Made by a program: the position numbers and the translations under genes. From positions 32,001 through 96,000 of the forward strand of contig CBDCEW010000099.1 of assembly GCA_965215885.1 (NCBI GenBank): 64,000 bases of DNA, in the 5' to 3' direction. Position 1 is the stretch's first letter. Every line of letters starts with the position of its first letter. This document shows positions 29,955 through 40,725 of the stretch, in pieces. This DNA is from Candidatus Moanibacter sp. Lineage in GTDB: Bacteria > Verrucomicrobiota > Verrucomicrobiia > Opitutales > UBA2987. The notes under the pieces are model-generated. The model made no database searches, was not told where the DNA came from, and saw nothing but the letters and a program-made list of their open reading frames with translations.

Positions 29955-30137
29955 CCCGAACATTTCACAAACCTTCTGCTACGACCGCGTATCTCACCGC
30001 GTCTCATAGCCTTCCCTTGCCCGGCGACCTCAGAGGGTTCCAACACGCTTTTCCCGGCTTGCCGGGACTGCGGAAAGGCTTTGATACGCAGCAATCTACA
30101 CAATCTCGCTACGAAGTGTGTGAAGTGTCCGGGCTAG
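29951..30137. mobile_element. Family-A MITE-like element, copy 2
   Basis: TAGCCCGAACATTTCACA...TGTGAAGTGTCCGGGCTAG; overlaps the ggt stop codon. Confidence 0.85.
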
Positions 30138-31167
30138 GAATCTCCGCGGCAAGGCCGGCCGTCAAGGCTTTGCCCAAGCGTTCCACGATCATCCGACCAT
30201 GGCTTTTCCGGTAGGCTTCGCGCAAGGCGGGACCGGCCCGCTGTTCGCGCAGATGGCGCTCGTCTCTGTAGAGATTGTGGATCTGCCGCACCACCCAGCC
30301 GGCCAGCTTCGGACTTATCCCGAGTCCGAAACTGGCTTCTAGTTCTCCAGCGACATTTTACCCCACGGCCTGTGTGCCAGTCGTAGAGCACCTCGCCGCC
30401 GGGTCGCCCGTAGACCCACAGGTATCCTTTCCTGCAGCCCTCTTTCTTGCCTGCGTCCGGATCCAGGTAGCGGATGGGCGTTTCGTCTGGATGTAACCGC
30501 CCTCGAACAATTGTAAGCACATGTAGTTGTAGATGGGTTTTAGCCATTGCGCTACCTGGTGGATCCAATCGAGCATGCTCTGGCGCGCCACCCTTACTCC
30601 GTAGCGTTCCCGGAAAATCTTCTCCTGCCGATACAACGGCAGGTGATCGACGTATTTGCTCAGTAATATGTGCACCAAAAGTCCAGGGATCCCTTTTTCA
30701 ATCAGCCGCGATGGTAATGGCGCCAGCACGGGAGGTTCCTGGGGCTTTTCGCGAGATACATATTTGCGCCGTATATAGCGCCGCCTGATAAATCGGGCCG
30801 GGAGCAAATCTAACTCTTCAGTGACTTCCTCACCGATCAACCGCCACTTTTGCGGTTCAACCTTCACCGCTTCGGGTTCGATTACGATCTCTTCGACTTC
30901 CAGGTGCTCGGGCAGACGCTGTCGCCTCGCCCCAGCTCCTTTGCGCGCCTTCGGCTCGGGTGGTGGCTCTGCCGTTTGCTCAGCGGGTTTGTTTTCCTCG
31001 GCCTGCTCCAGCCCGGCCAGGAGCAATTCCAGCTGTCCCGGATCGATCCGCTCGCTTTGGTTGCCTCCAAAGTAGCGCTTAATGAGCCAGCCGATCTTCT
31101 GACGTAAAAGCCGATTCTCCTCTCGGAGTTGCTCCAGCTCTGTTTGCAAAACCTCGACTTCAGGCAT
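30138..31167 (-). pseudogene. IS66 TnpC transposase, frameshifted, internally deleted and truncated
   Basis: SKYVDHLPLYRQ, DETP (next frame), GYLWVY; downstream piece VRQIHNLY; ends at the MITE. Confidence 0.88.
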
Positions 31168-31234
31168 GAAAACAATACTAAACTAACGGTAATAAGAAAA
31201 GCAATACTTTTTCAAAAAAATCACTTTTTTTGAC

Positions 31235-31585
31235 CTAACGCTGATACCAGGGCCGCATCTTCCCCTCCCTCAGGTCGATCCCGTTCAAGAGCATGCTCAA
31301 CGCTTCAGGGCGCAATGGAAGCTTCTGATCTTTCAAGTCCACTCCCTGCGGCCAGCTGAACCGACCCTTCTCTAATCGCTTTGCGAAAACCCATAACCCC
31401 GTGCCGTCCCAATACAGAATCTTGACCCGGTCCCGGCTGCGATTGCAGAAGACAAAGACCGCTCCGCTCAACGGGTCTTCCTTGAGCTGATTGGCCGCCA
31501 GGGCGTAGAGACCATTAAAACTCTTTCGCAGATCCGTTACTCCCACGGCCAGGAAAACCTTCATCGTTCCCGGTAAGCTCAGCAT
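31235..31585 (-). CDS. tnpB: IS66 accessory protein TnpB
   Basis: DLRKSFNGL, VFCNR.RDRVKILYWDGTG, KRLEKGRF.WP; the tnpA tail (VASLVKALRESGC*) overlaps its start. Confidence 0.93.
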   Translation of the reverse strand: MLSLPGTMKVFLAVGVTDLRKSFNGLYALAANQLKEDPLSGAVFVFCNRSRDRVKILYWDGTGLWVFAKRLEKGRFSWPQGVDLKDQKLPLRPEALSMLLNGIDLREGKMRPWYQR

Positions 31586-31621
31586 CCCGATTCCCTCAAC
31601 GCCTTCACCAGACTCGCCACT

Positions 31622-34070
31622 GTAAAACTGTTATCGGCGATGCCCGTAATCCGATGCCGTAGGTAAGACCTTCATCGCTCGCGTACGATTTGCATGAGGC
31701 GAGCGGTCGGAGAAATTCCCGCCTAAGATAACCGTTCCCATCATTAGGGGAAGATAAACGGGATCGTTTTTCTTGACGCTGCAGGTCATGCCAACACGCA
31801 CGCTTACGCTCGTCTTGTCCGGCATTTGCACAATTAATTTTCGTCCAGAATTTAGCAGCGGCGCCTCTTCGTATTTCGTATTTTGGGACCTTAACCCCTT
31901 TAGCCCAACCGGAGAATCCCTCTTTGACGGCGTCAAAGTATCCCTCATCATCGAGATCTCCGACCGCCACAAGGATCATCGACTTGGGACCGTAATGTTT
32001 CTTGTGAAACTTCCTTAATTCCTGGACGGTAACGGTTTCAATGTCCGAGATGAGCGTCTCAACTGTTGGTTGATAATTGGGGTGGTCTTCCGAATATATA
32101 AGCCTACGAAGAGAGTTACCTGCACGATAGTCGGGATCTTCAAGGAGGCGCTTAAACTCGCCGCTTCTTTGTAATCTCAATTTACTGAGTTCTTCTTCAT
32201 CAAATGCGGGACTACGCAGTTGTTCGGCGAGGATAGAAATAACCTGAGGCAGATCTCGCTTTAAACACCTTCCTGAGATATTGAGATTGTGTGTTGTGAC
32301 ACTGAACGAGAGGGACGCGCCGACACTCTCCAACTTCTCGGCGAGCTCAAACTTTCCGGTTTCCTCCGTACCTTTATCGAGCATGTGGCCGGTCAAATCC
32401 GCGATTGCGACATTTCCCTTCGGGCTGAAGGCGTCGCCGGCCGCGATTGTGGCGAGAATCGTTATCACATCTCTTACCTCCGTCTTCATGGCGATAGCGG
32501 CGATCCCATGGATCTTCTTCTCTACGATTCGATCGGAAATGGTTGATGGCTCCAAAGTCCCGCTAATTTCTGATCTTGAGTGGGAAAGGACGGGGCTATC
32601 GCTCGCAAGAGCGCTCGTCTTACCGGCTGTGGCCGTGGGGAGCGAGCTTCTTGACCCGGCTCGCGGATTCGTATATTGCTGTGTCAGCGGAGGAGACTGG
32701 CCCGGTGCGCCTTTTGGAGGTAAAGGAACGAATGTTCCGCTCGTTCGACTCTCCTCGTTGAAGTATTTGCGCACGACTCTCTTGACTGCGTCCGGCGTTA
32801 CCTTTGCAATCTCCTCCGGAAAGCGCACGTAGTAAGTCCAATCACCCATCGCGATGGCGTCATTGAGAATTCGGGCTACGGAGAAGGATCCGTCGCGGGA
32901 GTATGCGATTTCGGCATTGAGCTGAGTAATCGCTCTTGCCAATTCCTCGTCGGTCACACCTTCTGTCTTCAGTTTCTCAAACTCATCTAGAATGACGTCG
33001 TTTACGATTGTATGATCGACACCTGGAGCAAGATAGGCGAAGGTGATGAACAATCCTGGATCCTTCAGGGCGAAGTTCCAGATAAATATGTCGACAGCCA
33101 AGCCTCTATCGATCAGTGATTTATACAATCGACTGTTCTTTCCCTGGATCAGGATTGCCTCGAGCACGTTGAGGGCGAAAGTGTCGTTGTGCGCGCCTTC
33201 AGGAACTTTGTGTCCGATACCCACAACACCGAGTTGGCCCGCACGTTTAACCATCACGGTACGAGCTCCGCGCTGTGGCGGTTCCTCAGTATATACATCC
33301 GGTATCGGTTTCGGCGAAGCGGGTATGGGACCGTAGTACTTCCCTACGAGGTTGAGGACATCTATTTTCTTAAAGTCGCCAATGGCAGTTAGGGTGGCAT
33401 TGTTGGGCCAGTAGTAAGTGTCGTAGAATTCGCGAAGTCGCTCGATCGTGACGTTTTCAATGTCCGAACGCCATCCGATCGTTGGATGGTGATAGGGGTG
33501 AGCGACGAATGCGGCAGCTACGATCTCCTTCGTCAGGGCCGTGAGGGGACTGTTTTCGCCGCGCTCGAATTCGTTGCGAACGACGTTCATTTCCGGTTGC
33601 CGGTCCTCTTCACGTAGAAAAAGATTTCGCATTCGATCCGCCTCGATCTCGATAGCCAGTTCCAGGTGATCGATGGGAATGTTGGCGTAGTAATTAGTGC
33701 GGTCGAGCCACGTGGTGGCATTCATGCGAGCGCCCACGTTCTGGAGCATACGTGAAACGTCGGTGCCTTTTCCTTTGTCGAATTTCTCCGTCCCTTTGAA
33801 CATGAGGTGTTCGAGCAGGTGGGATGCTCCCGTTGTGCCGGTGACTTCGTTTCTTGAACCAACCCGGTAGGTTACCATGAAAGTAGCAACCGGCGCCGAG
33901 TGGTCTTCCATAAGAAGGACCGTTAACCCGTTCGAATCCATCCGGTACTCTGCAATTCCTTTGAGCTCCTGTATTTCCTCAAAGCCTTCTACACTCTCGG
34001 CGCAGACCTCGAGGGTGAGAAGGAAGACAAAAAGGAGAGATAAATTACGAATTCGAGAACTAAGGTGCAT
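31622..34070 (-). pseudogene. M16 family (pitrilysin-like) zinc peptidase, 3' end frameshifted and truncated
   Basis: Signal peptide, HLLEH, NATT, RY-like motif region EGLTYGI. 7-bp duplication near 31869-31882; runs into the IS66 remnant. Confidence 0.85.
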
Positions 34071-34908
34071 TTCCCTTTAAAGCGGCTAGAAATTCGTCCA
34101 AAGTGGGAGGTTCGGGCCAGTCCTTAAACGGCGCCAGTCGCTGGTAAATCTGGGCTGCGGCGTCGTGAAATCCCTCCGGCATTTCGGCGGCGCGAAAGGT
34201 CGATGCGATTTCCTCCATTTCCCCAACGAAACGCCACGCTTTCGCGCTGTTCGAAGCCGGTACCTTGCGTGCCCTCTCCGCCGTTTCTGGTAAGTGGCGT
34301 TCCCAGACTTCGAAGATGGTGTCTCTTAGTCCGTGGGATTCGGCCACTGCAAGAATGGCGGCGAGCAGTGCCGAGGTTCCTTTCGTATTTGCCGCGAAGC
34401 ACATCTTGAGGGCCGAGGCCTGACCTGCTTCTGATCCGATAACCTCGGTTTCCAATGGGCCCGCGGCGAAGCATGTTGCTGCCTCGGCAGCCCGTCTCCC
34501 TGAGAGATAGAGCCAGGTCTTTTTCCGTTTCCAGGCCGGTCCTCCCACGATGCCGCCGTCTACGAAATCGATGTCGGAATTTTCCAAATTCCTGCCGATT
34601 CGGATCGCTCGTTCCGGGGCAATAGCGTTGGCATCGATGAACAGCCCGGAAAAGTCGCTGCTCGCTAAAGATGCAGCAATTTCCTCCGCTACGCCCGGTG
34701 GACATACACTGACGATGACTGAGCTTTGACAGGAAAGCTCGGCGATTGATCCCGCATCATTTAGATTTTCGCGTTGAGCCCGTTGGGTAGTGGCCTCGCT
34801 TCGGTCGGCGGAAGCCCAGAGAACCTTGCAACCACTGTTCCTGGCGGTGGCAGCCACCGATACTCCCATCTCGCCGGGGTGCAGTATGCCTAGAGTCTTT
34901 GTCTTCAT
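34060..34908 (-). CDS. NAD(P)-dependent oxidoreductase (6PGD-like, DUF1932)
   Basis: HPGEMG, DANAIAP, DGGIVGGP, ASALKMC, KAWRFVGEMEEI. Confidence 0.88.
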   Translation of the reverse strand: MKTKTLGILHPGEMGVSVAATARNSGCKVLWASADRSEATTQRAQRENLNDAGSIAELSCQSSVIVSVCPPGVAEEIAASLASSDFSGLFIDANAIAPERAIRIGRNLENSDIDFVDGGIVGGPAWKRKKTWLYLSGRRAAEAATCFAAGPLETEVIGSEAGQASALKMCFAANTKGTSALLAAILAVAESHGLRDTIFEVWERHLPETAERARKVPASNSAKAWRFVGEMEEIASTFRAAEMPEGFHDAAAQIYQRLAPFKDWPEPPTLDEFLAALKGNAP

Positions 34909-35078
34909 GAGCGTCAGCTTAGCAGAATTGATTCAGAATTGAACGACAAGCCCCTTTTGCTTTGCTTTTGCCGTTCGTCAGCCTGATTTCTCATCAGATT
35001 TTTGGATTAGGCTCCCTGAGAACATTGAACGGTGTTTTTGAATTTTAGGCCTTCTGATAATCGGTTATTATTTTTAAC

Positions 35079-35294
35079 TTGGTAATTCCCCGCAGCTTGC
35101 TACGGGGTCGCTGACTTTCTCAGGCATCATCGTGCGCGGAGCGCCCGATCCACCAGTAGCAAGGATGCTAGTGGTGGATCGGCCTCTCCGGGGACGTTTG
35201 TATAAACTTCGAGTAAAGCATAGGAAATTTCTGTCCGAATGGCGAAAGAATTAGATACCCCGTCCGCGGCATGCCGGGACGGGAAGTTTTCATT
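35079..35294. mobile_element. Family-C non-coding element with IS200/IS605-like terminal hairpins
   Basis: CCCCGCAGCTTGCTACGGGG at the left; ATACCCCG...CGGGAAGTTTTCATT at the right. Confidence 0.55.
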
Positions 35295-35368
35295 GAAAAT
35301 TAAAAAGAAGCGAGCAGATCACTTGAAGATGAGTTCGCCGCGGGCAAGGTGAAATTAAGAGGAGAGCC

Positions 35369-35554
35369 CTAGCCCGAACATTTCACAAACCTTCTGCTAC
35401 GACCGCGGATATCACTGCGTCTCAACCCCTTCCCTTGCTCGGCGACCTCAGAGGGTTCCAACACACTGTCGCCCGACGACCTGCGGAAAGGCCCTGATAC
35501 GCAGTCCCGGCACGCCGGGATCTCTCTGCGAAGTGTGTGAAATGTCCGGGCTAG
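35369..35554. mobile_element. Family-A MITE-like element, copy 3
   Basis: CTAGCCCGAACATTTCACA...TGTGAAATGTCCGGGCTAG. Confidence 0.85.
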
Positions 35555-36433
35555 TTCAGCGCAACTCGCGAGAAAAGCTCGATGGATTGAAAGCGATCTT
35601 GGGCAACCTGTTTCAGGCGGTAGGCACGTCTGGATCGCCACCTCCTTCTTAAAGAGTACTCCGGATGACACAACGATGTCATTGCGAGGAGCGCGCGACG
35701 CGGCAATCCACGATTCCGCCGAGAGCCGCCATTGCGTGATTGCTCTCCCGCTGAGCGGCGTCGTGATTTGGCTCGTGGCATTGTTCGTTATTCGCCGAAA
35801 TACGAACAAAAAGCCGGCAGAAAACTTCCAGACATGATTTCGGATTACTTACTGCGCTCCAGTATCTGGTGAGATCCGGCAGCAGCTTGAGAGCATAAGG
35901 TGAGGCGAAAGGCTTTTGCTCAGACGATCGACGTTGTGTAGGACCGAGCTTGGTCGGGATCTCTACATCGATGTTTAATGTTCGATGTTGGACGTTCAAA
36001 TCGGGGTCGATATCTTTGTCGTAAGCCTCGTCGCAAACTTCGTCGTCTGAACCCCGAATCGAAATACTATCAACAAGATTCCCTCCTACGCTCTTTTTTT
36101 GTGAGCATTGTCGTAAGCTTCGTCGAATTATTGCGTAGTTTTCTGGGGAAAGCGCGACTCTTCGACTGCAAGCTTTCGATCCCGCTCAGCGGGATTTACG
36201 ACCAAGCTGCCGACCAAGGTTCAGGAGATCGGCTAGATTGATTTCGACAAAGCTGACGACGAAGACTCATCTGCGGAAGGCCCTGATCCCGTTCAGCATT
36301 TTGACGGGCTCACCGCGGGCCGGGAAGGGGGTAACCAATAGCCTCGCGTCAACTTCTCATCAGGACTGGACAGGTTTCCCGACACGTGGAGAGAAGCTTC
36401 ACTCATGTATGATCTCCATGAAGATGAGCCACC

Positions 36434-37300
36434 TCACGAACCCACAGCCCTCGGGTCGAAGGCGTCGCGGAGGCCGTCGCCGAGGAAGTTGAGGGAGAAG
36501 AGGGTGAGGGAGAAGACAATGGAGGGGAAGATGAGGAGCCAGGGGTAGGCTTCCATAGCGTCGGCGCCCTCTTTTATGAGAATGCCCCAGGAGGTCATGG
36601 GAGGCTGGACGCCGAGACCGAGGAAGCTGACGAAGGCTTCGAGAAGCATAACGCTGGGGATTGTGAGAGTGGCGTAGACGATGATGGTGCCGAGGATGTT
36701 GGGAAGGAGATGCTTAATGATGATTTTTCGGCGCGACTGTCCAAGAGCGCGGGAAGCCTGGACAAACTCCTGAACCTTTAGAGAGAGAGCCTGGCCGCGT
36801 ACGATGCGTGCCATGGTGAGCCATTCCACAGTCCCGATAGCGACAAAAATCAAGATGATGTTGCGCCCGAATACAACCGTGAGTAGAATTACGAAGATGG
36901 TGAAAGGCATGGAGTAAATGATCTCGACGAGGCGCATCATGATCCGGTCGGTCCAACCGCCGGCGAAGCCGGAAATGAGCCCGTAAGAGACGCCGATGGT
37001 AAGGGAAACGAGAGTTGCAAGGAGGCCGACCAGTAGTGAGATACGCCCGCCGTAAAGCATGCGGCTGATGAGATCCCGTCCCAAGGTATCAGTGCCGAGC
37101 CAATGTTCTGAGGAGGGTGAAGTGGGGCCGAGTGAGAGGTTGGTGGCTTCAAAAGGATAGGGGGCGAGGAGCGGGGCCAATGCGGAAATAGTCCCGACAA
37201 CCAGGATAAAGATTAGCCCGGTGAGGGCCGGTCGGTTGCTTCTGAGGCGTCGCCAGGCGTCGCTCCAGAGGGAATATGGGGCCTCTGTGCTACAATCCAT
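36434..37300 (-). CDS. oppC: Oligopeptide ABC permease
   Basis: HWLGTD.LGRD, ARIVRGQ, HLLPN, FLGDGLRDAFDP. Confidence 0.92.
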   Translation of the reverse strand: MDCSTEAPYSLWSDAWRRLRSNRPALTGLIFILVVGTISALAPLLAPYPFEATNLSLGPTSPSSEHWLGTDTLGRDLISRMLYGGRISLLVGLLATLVSLTIGVSYGLISGFAGGWTDRIMMRLVEIIYSMPFTIFVILLTVVFGRNIILIFVAIGTVEWLTMARIVRGQALSLKVQEFVQASRALGQSRRKIIIKHLLPNILGTIIVYATLTIPSVMLLEAFVSFLGLGVQPPMTSWGILIKEGADAMEAYPWLLIFPSIVFSLTLFSLNFLGDGLRDAFDPRAVGS

Positions 37301-37452
37301 CAGAACCAGGTTTTTTTAACACGTCTTGGGGTGTAGCATGGTGGTATTCAAAGCTGTGGAGTTCAGCGTGGAAGGACCCACGAGTTTGGTTGCGGCTACG
37401 CTGCGCTAGGCCCTTTCGTATGCTCCTGTCTGATTTCATGGCCAATCAATTG

Positions 37453-38370
37453 CTACTGATATCGGATTCTTGGGTTGAGAAGGCTCTGGAGGATGTCGAC
37501 GAGGAGATTGAGTAAAATGAGAAGGGTGGCGTAAAATAGAACGGTACCGATAACCATGGTGTAGTCGCGGTTGAAGGCGGCGTTGACGAAAAAGCGTCCG
37601 AGACCCGGAATGTGGAAGATCGTTTCGACGACAAATGAACCACTGATAACGCCGGCCGCGGCGGGGCCGAGAAAGCTGACTACCGGCAGGATACCGTTGC
37701 GGAGCGCGTGAACGAGGGTAACCCGCCATTCCGGCAGACCTTTGGCACGGGCGGTGCGAATGTAGTCCTCGTTGTGCACTTCGAGCATGCTCCCACGGGT
37801 GAGTCGCGCCACGTAAGCGGCGTAAAAAATCCCAAGAGTGAGCGACGGCAGAACACGATCACCCAGCAGGAACCAGCCGGATACATTGAACCACTCGAGT
37901 TTGAGGGCAAAAACGAGAACGAGAATGGGGCCGAGAACGAAGGTGGGGAGGCAGATACCGATCATAGCCAAGGCCATGGGGAAATGATCGCTCCACCGAT
38001 TCGGTTTCAGGGAAGCAATGACTCCCGCGCTCGTGCCGATAAGAACGGCGATGATGAGGGCATAGATTCCCAATTCCAGGGAGACGGGAATCTTCGCCAG
38101 GATGAGTTCATTGACTGTCCAGCCGGGATATTTAAAAGAGGGACCGAGATCTCCGCTGAGCAGGTTGCCGATAAAGCGGAGGTACTGCACCAGCATGCTG
38201 TCATCGAGTCCGTAATGGGCGTTGAGGGCTTCTTCTACTTCTGGTGAGACGGTCTTCTCACGGTCAAAGGGTCCACCTGGGGCCAGGCGCACAAGGAAGA
38301 ATGTGGCAGTGGCGATGATGAAGAGAACCGGAATGGCTTCGAGGAAGCGGCGTATGATGAGTTTGGGCAT
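37453..38370 (-). CDS. oppB: Oligopeptide ABC permease
   Basis: APGGPF, YIRTARAKGL, HALRN, NRDY. Confidence 0.92.
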   Translation of the reverse strand: MPKLIIRRFLEAIPVLFIIATATFFLVRLAPGGPFDREKTVSPEVEEALNAHYGLDDSMLVQYLRFIGNLLSGDLGPSFKYPGWTVNELILAKIPVSLELGIYALIIAVLIGTSAGVIASLKPNRWSDHFPMALAMIGICLPTFVLGPILVLVFALKLEWFNVSGWFLLGDRVLPSLTLGIFYAAYVARLTRGSMLEVHNEDYIRTARAKGLPEWRVTLVHALRNGILPVVSFLGPAAAGVISGSFVVETIFHIPGLGRFFVNAAFNRDYTMVIGTVLFYATLLILLNLLVDILQSLLNPRIRYQ

Positions 38371-38743
38371 GGGAAGTGTAGTCGTCCTCGTTCTCGTAAT
38401 CGTTCTCGTTCTCGAAAGAGGGATGCCCGCTAAAGACGCGAAAATACGCGAAAGCGGAGTCTTCGGGGAGGATAGGTTGGTGCCAGGGAGTCTGTGAAGA
38501 GAGTTCTATTGAGGTTCGCGAAAAGGGTGCCGGGAAAGGCGAAGATACCGCGGGAATAGGGACATATTCCTTCTAATGCGTACTTGCGTATTATCGATGC
38601 AGCAGACCTTGTCCCGAACCTTGTCGATTGGTTGCGGCTCTGCTCCGAAACCAGACACCAGAAACCCGAAACCTGTGACCTCGTGTTATCTCCTGTTTCG
38701 GACTCGACTATGTTCACTGCAGACGGTTTCGACACAACGCTAA

Positions 38744-40381
38744 TCACCCCCCCTCAAGATAGACGAATTTGTAGGGGTGCTGGTCGAGGATATTGGGGTG
38801 CCACGACCGCACGGAAGGTTGTTTGAGGTAGGTGCGCACGTAGAAGTAGATGGGGATGATTGGGAGTTGGTCGACGAGGATGGATTCTGCCTGCTGAAAG
38901 AGTTCGTAACGCTCCGCAGGATCAAGAGTAAGGCTGGCCCTTTCAATGAGGGAATCATAATCGGTATGGCTCCAACCGGAGTGATTATTTCCGGAAGTGC
39001 TGGTAAGGAGATCGAGAAAGGTATTTGGGTCGTTGTAATCGCCGATCCAGCCGGCCCTGGCGATGGCAAAGTCTCCGTTGCTACGTGACGCCAAGTACAC
39101 TTTCCACTCTTGATTCTCTAAAGTCACTTCGATGTTGAGATTTCTCTTCCACATGTCCTGAATCGCCTCAGCGATGGGGCGATGGGCCTCTGAGGTATTG
39201 TAAAGGAGGGGAAGCGCTGGAAATCCCTCTCCGTTTGGATAACCGGCCTCGGCGAGGAGTTTCCTTGCCAATTCGTCGTCCTCCGATAAACGGGCCCGGG
39301 CGGTGTATCCGGCAGTGTTGGGTGGCGTGAAGTGATAGGCGGGTAGTTGGCCGCCCTGCGTTATGTTTTCGACGATGGCGGATCGATCGATGGCGAGATT
39401 TAGCGCCAGACGCACTTTCTGTTGGTCGAGGGGAGGAACATTCGTATTCAAAAGATAGTAGTAGGTGCCAAGCCATGCGTGGAGTTGGAGATGATCGGGC
39501 CGCTCTCTTCGCAATCTTTCCATACTGTTGAGGTTCACGGTGTTGGTTACGTGGAGTTGACCAGAACGGAAATTGCGCTCTTCCGTAATCTGATTCTCGA
39601 TGGCGTAAAAGCGTATCTCCTTAAGCTTCACTCGCTCGGCGTCCCAATAGTGAGGATTCTTTTTCACCACAACGACATCGCCTAAGTTCCAAATATCCAG
39701 GATGAAAGGACCATTGCCTACATGGTTTCCCGGACGGGTCCACCGCGTGCCCCGGCGATCCATCGGTCCAAATTTCAGAATCGTAGACGGGTTTACGGGA
39801 TACCAGGAGTTGTGGTTGATAAGGGAAAGAAAATAGGGAGTGGGCGCTTTCAGAGAAATTCGGAGGGTGGCGGGATCGAGCGCCTCAAATCCAACTTTGG
39901 AGAATTCGGTTAGCTTGCCTTGATGATAAAGCTCAGCGTTCTTCACGACATAGAGCATGTAGGCATATTCGGCTCCAAATCCGGGTGTCAGCATGCGGCG
40001 GTAGGAGAAGACGAAGTCTTCGGCCGTGACGGGATCGCCGTTTGACCAGCGCGCGTCGGATCTGAGGTAAAAAGTGTAGCGAAGACCGTCGTCAGATATC
40101 TCCCAACGTTCCGCAACACCCGGAATGGGGTGCAGGTCTTCGGGATCAGAGTTCACCAAACCCTCGAAAAGAGCCATGTGGATATGATGCTCGGGCAGGC
40201 CGGTAGTCACCTGCGGATCGAGGTCTTCCGGATCCGTGCCGTTTCCGAAGAGAAGGATCTGCTGCGTGTTACCCACCTCGACCGGAGTAACACGTTTACG
40301 GCATGCGTTGGAGAGGCATAGTGCGGAAATTACGAACAGGAGAAAGAACGAGGTTCGCAGACTCTCAAGTATCCTTGGCAT
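38744..40381 (-). CDS. oppA: Oligopeptide ABC substrate-binding lipoprotein
   Basis: Lipobox-like LSNAC, LFEGL, WSNGDPVTAEDF, GNGPF, RAGWIGDY. Confidence 0.92.
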   Translation of the reverse strand: MPRILESLRTSFFLLFVISALCLSNACRKRVTPVEVGNTQQILLFGNGTDPEDLDPQVTTGLPEHHIHMALFEGLVNSDPEDLHPIPGVAERWEISDDGLRYTFYLRSDARWSNGDPVTAEDFVFSYRRMLTPGFGAEYAYMLYVVKNAELYHQGKLTEFSKVGFEALDPATLRISLKAPTPYFLSLINHNSWYPVNPSTILKFGPMDRRGTRWTRPGNHVGNGPFILDIWNLGDVVVVKKNPHYWDAERVKLKEIRFYAIENQITEERNFRSGQLHVTNTVNLNSMERLRRERPDHLQLHAWLGTYYYLLNTNVPPLDQQKVRLALNLAIDRSAIVENITQGGQLPAYHFTPPNTAGYTARARLSEDDELARKLLAEAGYPNGEGFPALPLLYNTSEAHRPIAEAIQDMWKRNLNIEVTLENQEWKVYLASRSNGDFAIARAGWIGDYNDPNTFLDLLTSTSGNNHSGWSHTDYDSLIERASLTLDPAERYELFQQAESILVDQLPIIPIYFYVRTYLKQPSVRSWHPNILDQHPYKFVYLEGG

Positions 40382-40725
40382 ATTAGGCTTATCCCGTTGT
40401 AACTCTGTGCTCCCTATTACAATCCATCAGTACTTTGTTTCTTAATGCGTTTTGGAGAGTAATATGTTGGAATTCAAAGTAGTGCGGTCGACAAGGTTCG
40501 GGACAAGGTTCGCGACAAGGTTACCAGGGAGGTCGGAGTTACCTTCTCAATTTCGATCATGATTGTCCTTACTGGTAACGGATTCGGCTCACCGCAGGCC
40601 TACTCAGAACTCAGCGGAGTAAACCTCGTCCCAAACCTTGTCCCGAACCTTGTCGATTGGTTGCGGCTACGCTGCGCTAGGAATCTTTGTGTTACCTCTT
40701 TTCTCCGGTCAAAAGTAAAACTGAT

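Noticed and set aside
35369..36492. ORFs in the repeat pile-up
   Set aside because: Translations of MITEs and short repeats with no protein-like motifs.
36000..40681. 12-mer and 34-mer repeats as a CRISPR array
   Set aside because: Dispersed or directly tandem, with no regular unique spacers.
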